From Nemertoderma westbladi (taxonomy: Eukaryota > Animalia > Xenacoelomorpha), in contig JAUCBJ010007234.1 in assembly GCA_032718475.1 (NCBI GenBank), positions 1 to 64,000 of the forward strand: a DNA stretch of 64,000 bases. The letters run 5' to 3'. Positions 62,582-64,000 of this stretch are shown one piece after another (the first letter of the stretch is position 1; the number at the start of each line of letters is the position of its first letter). Position numbers and translations under genes: made by a program. The notes under the pieces are model-generated. The model was not told the DNA's origin. It worked only from the letters and a program-made list of their open reading frames with translations, and ran no database searches.

Positions 62582-63786
62582 TGTTCGCGCTTTCAGACCT
62601 TTGGCAGTTTAACCCACCAAATTAAGATGTCTTCTAGATATTAAATCGGTTTTTAGTCTATGACAAGTATTTGATTCACTACACTAGTCGAAACCAATCT
62701 GTGCGCGATCATTCACCCGCTGGATATTCCCGGGAGATTGGGTTCGACGGTTTAATTTTATTGCTATGTAACTATGCTATTGCTATGTAGTATTATTCGA
62801 CTGACAGTACTATATAATCTCTGACAATATTATTCACCTTCGGTAATATTAACAGTTCCTTTAGGACGTGGCGCTTTATCTATATAAACAGAGTTATGAC
62901 TTAAACTACTCACAACGATCTGGCTTAATTATAATTCACATATATGGCGCATTCTTTAGGAATTGCTTCTTTAACAGACTCACTCATACACAATGCTGCA
63001 CAATACTGCACACTAATCTGCCAATCTTCACTGATTTTAGTCACATATAAAAGGAACACAGACTGACTCATGTAGGGTCTATCAAATAACATTAGATTCA
63101 CTTCAAACCACTTTAACATAAGTCACAATCGTTTATCTGTAACCCTTCTCTCTTACCTTCGGTATATCAAGAATATTGGGTTTCGGGGTTATTTATCGTT
63201 ATTCCAAATATAATAATTCATCAACCATATTATGAAGAACTGACGGTAAATAGCAGTATAAAACAACAATGAAAACACTGATTGTTATGAGTTTGCAATG
63301 TTTCAGCAGTCAGTATGTATGATCAGTTAGCAGTTAAAGGATATATGTCCTTGTAATTAAACCTACTAGTGTAAGACTAAAAACTGAAACACGGAGGTGC
63401 CAAAAGCCGGTTCTTAGGCTCTGAGCAAAAACATAACACTGAACTACTGAGTTTCTGTATATACCTCCAACACAGAGATAACAAACGCTCTGATTGGTCA
63501 ACCTGAACAACGAGAGAACAGAGAAACAAAGAAACGTCGACGTGGCAATATCAGCTGCTAGCCGTCGTCATGGTAGCGACACTGTTTTCAAGAGTATCGA
63601 GCTTTTACGTCACGGAATTACGGATTATGTCCTCTAAAGTACAAATACAGAAGAAATAGCTTTTATGTCCGCTAAAACACCAGTACAGCAAGGACACGGC
63701 CCTTTTATGCCTGGTAAACCAACTACAGAGTATTTTACGGGAAAAATAAGGAAAAATAACCGGACAATTCAGCAAAAGCTTTTACA
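62582..63786 (-). repeat. 5' LTR of the BEL element
   Basis: Direct repeat of 51989-53185. Minus-strand CCAAT (~63492-96) and TATA-like TATATACA (~63455-62). Confidence 0.95.
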
Positions 63787-64000
63787 GAGTATTTATCACT
63801 ATGCAGCTAATTGCTTTCAGAGGAGGATTGGAGTTGACGACAATGAAACCGCCCACTTCTGTGATGGTCAAGGGGAGACAGTCAGTGAGGAAGTTGATGT
63901 TCTTCTTACAAGTTACAGAGACATTTCAGGTATGTTTAATGATAAGGGGATGATTTTGGTGAGAGTGATGATGTGTATGTTTTAACAGCTGAGACCAATG

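Larger units (their letters stand above)
51989..63786 (-). mobile_element. BEL/Pao LTR retrotransposon, internally deleted (non-autonomous), recent insertion
   Basis: ~1.2-kb TG..CA LTRs (51989-53185, 62582-63786) differing at only a few sites. 5-bp TSD GAGTA. PPT-like TGGGAGCGG next to the 3' LTR. Confidence 0.95.
49817..64000 (+). mobile_element. Ty1/Copia (GalEa-like) LTR retrotransposon, 5' part, twice interrupted
   Basis: LTR ends ...TTTCA at 49990 (start uncertain). PBS TGGTAGCAGAGC (tRNA-iMet type) at 49991. gag SYDDWKKEIEIW..KKKQGPVLALS. Removing the two inserts restores FRLLKSAGL and the knuckle CLRCGSIYHYAANC. Confidence 0.85.

Noticed and set aside
63665-63985. 106-aa ORF at the window end
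   Set aside because: Chimeric frame: BEL LTR sequence fused to the resumed Copia gag.

Overview
AT-rich metazoan (invertebrate) genomic DNA, not prokaryotic: it has GT-AG introns, LINEs and LTR elements. Host genes: (i) the last three coding exons of a chordin-like (CHRDL-type) gene, 1881-3144, mostly missed by the ORF track; (ii) a two-exon 4-hydroxyphenylpyruvate dioxygenase-family gene (8038-8660 + 17029-17575) with an 8.4-kb intron packed with transposons; (iii) an NmrA/NMRAL1-like gene (minus, 22005-23078); (iv) a CDC42 small effector (CRIB) gene (36750-37046). The rest is mostly mobile DNA: RTE-clade LINE fragments, Penelope-like remnants with hammerhead-like motifs, several non-autonomous TIR elements with visible TSDs, a Helentron/HINE-like repeat family, satellites, a Gypsy gag relic, and a Copia gag interrupted by a piggyBac-like element and by an 11.8-kb BEL/Pao LTR element. 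Best leads: (1) the BEL element has no tRNA-type PBS; its PBS position is a perfect 12-nt complement of a site in its own LTR, suggesting Tf1-like self-priming; (2) the HPD has hydroxymandelate-synthase-like substitutions at two specificity positions; (3) paralogue comparisons show TA to TA(GGCC/CCGG/CAG)TA micro-insertions resembling serial DNA-transposon excision footprints. All family assignments come from motif recognition by eye; no searches were run.
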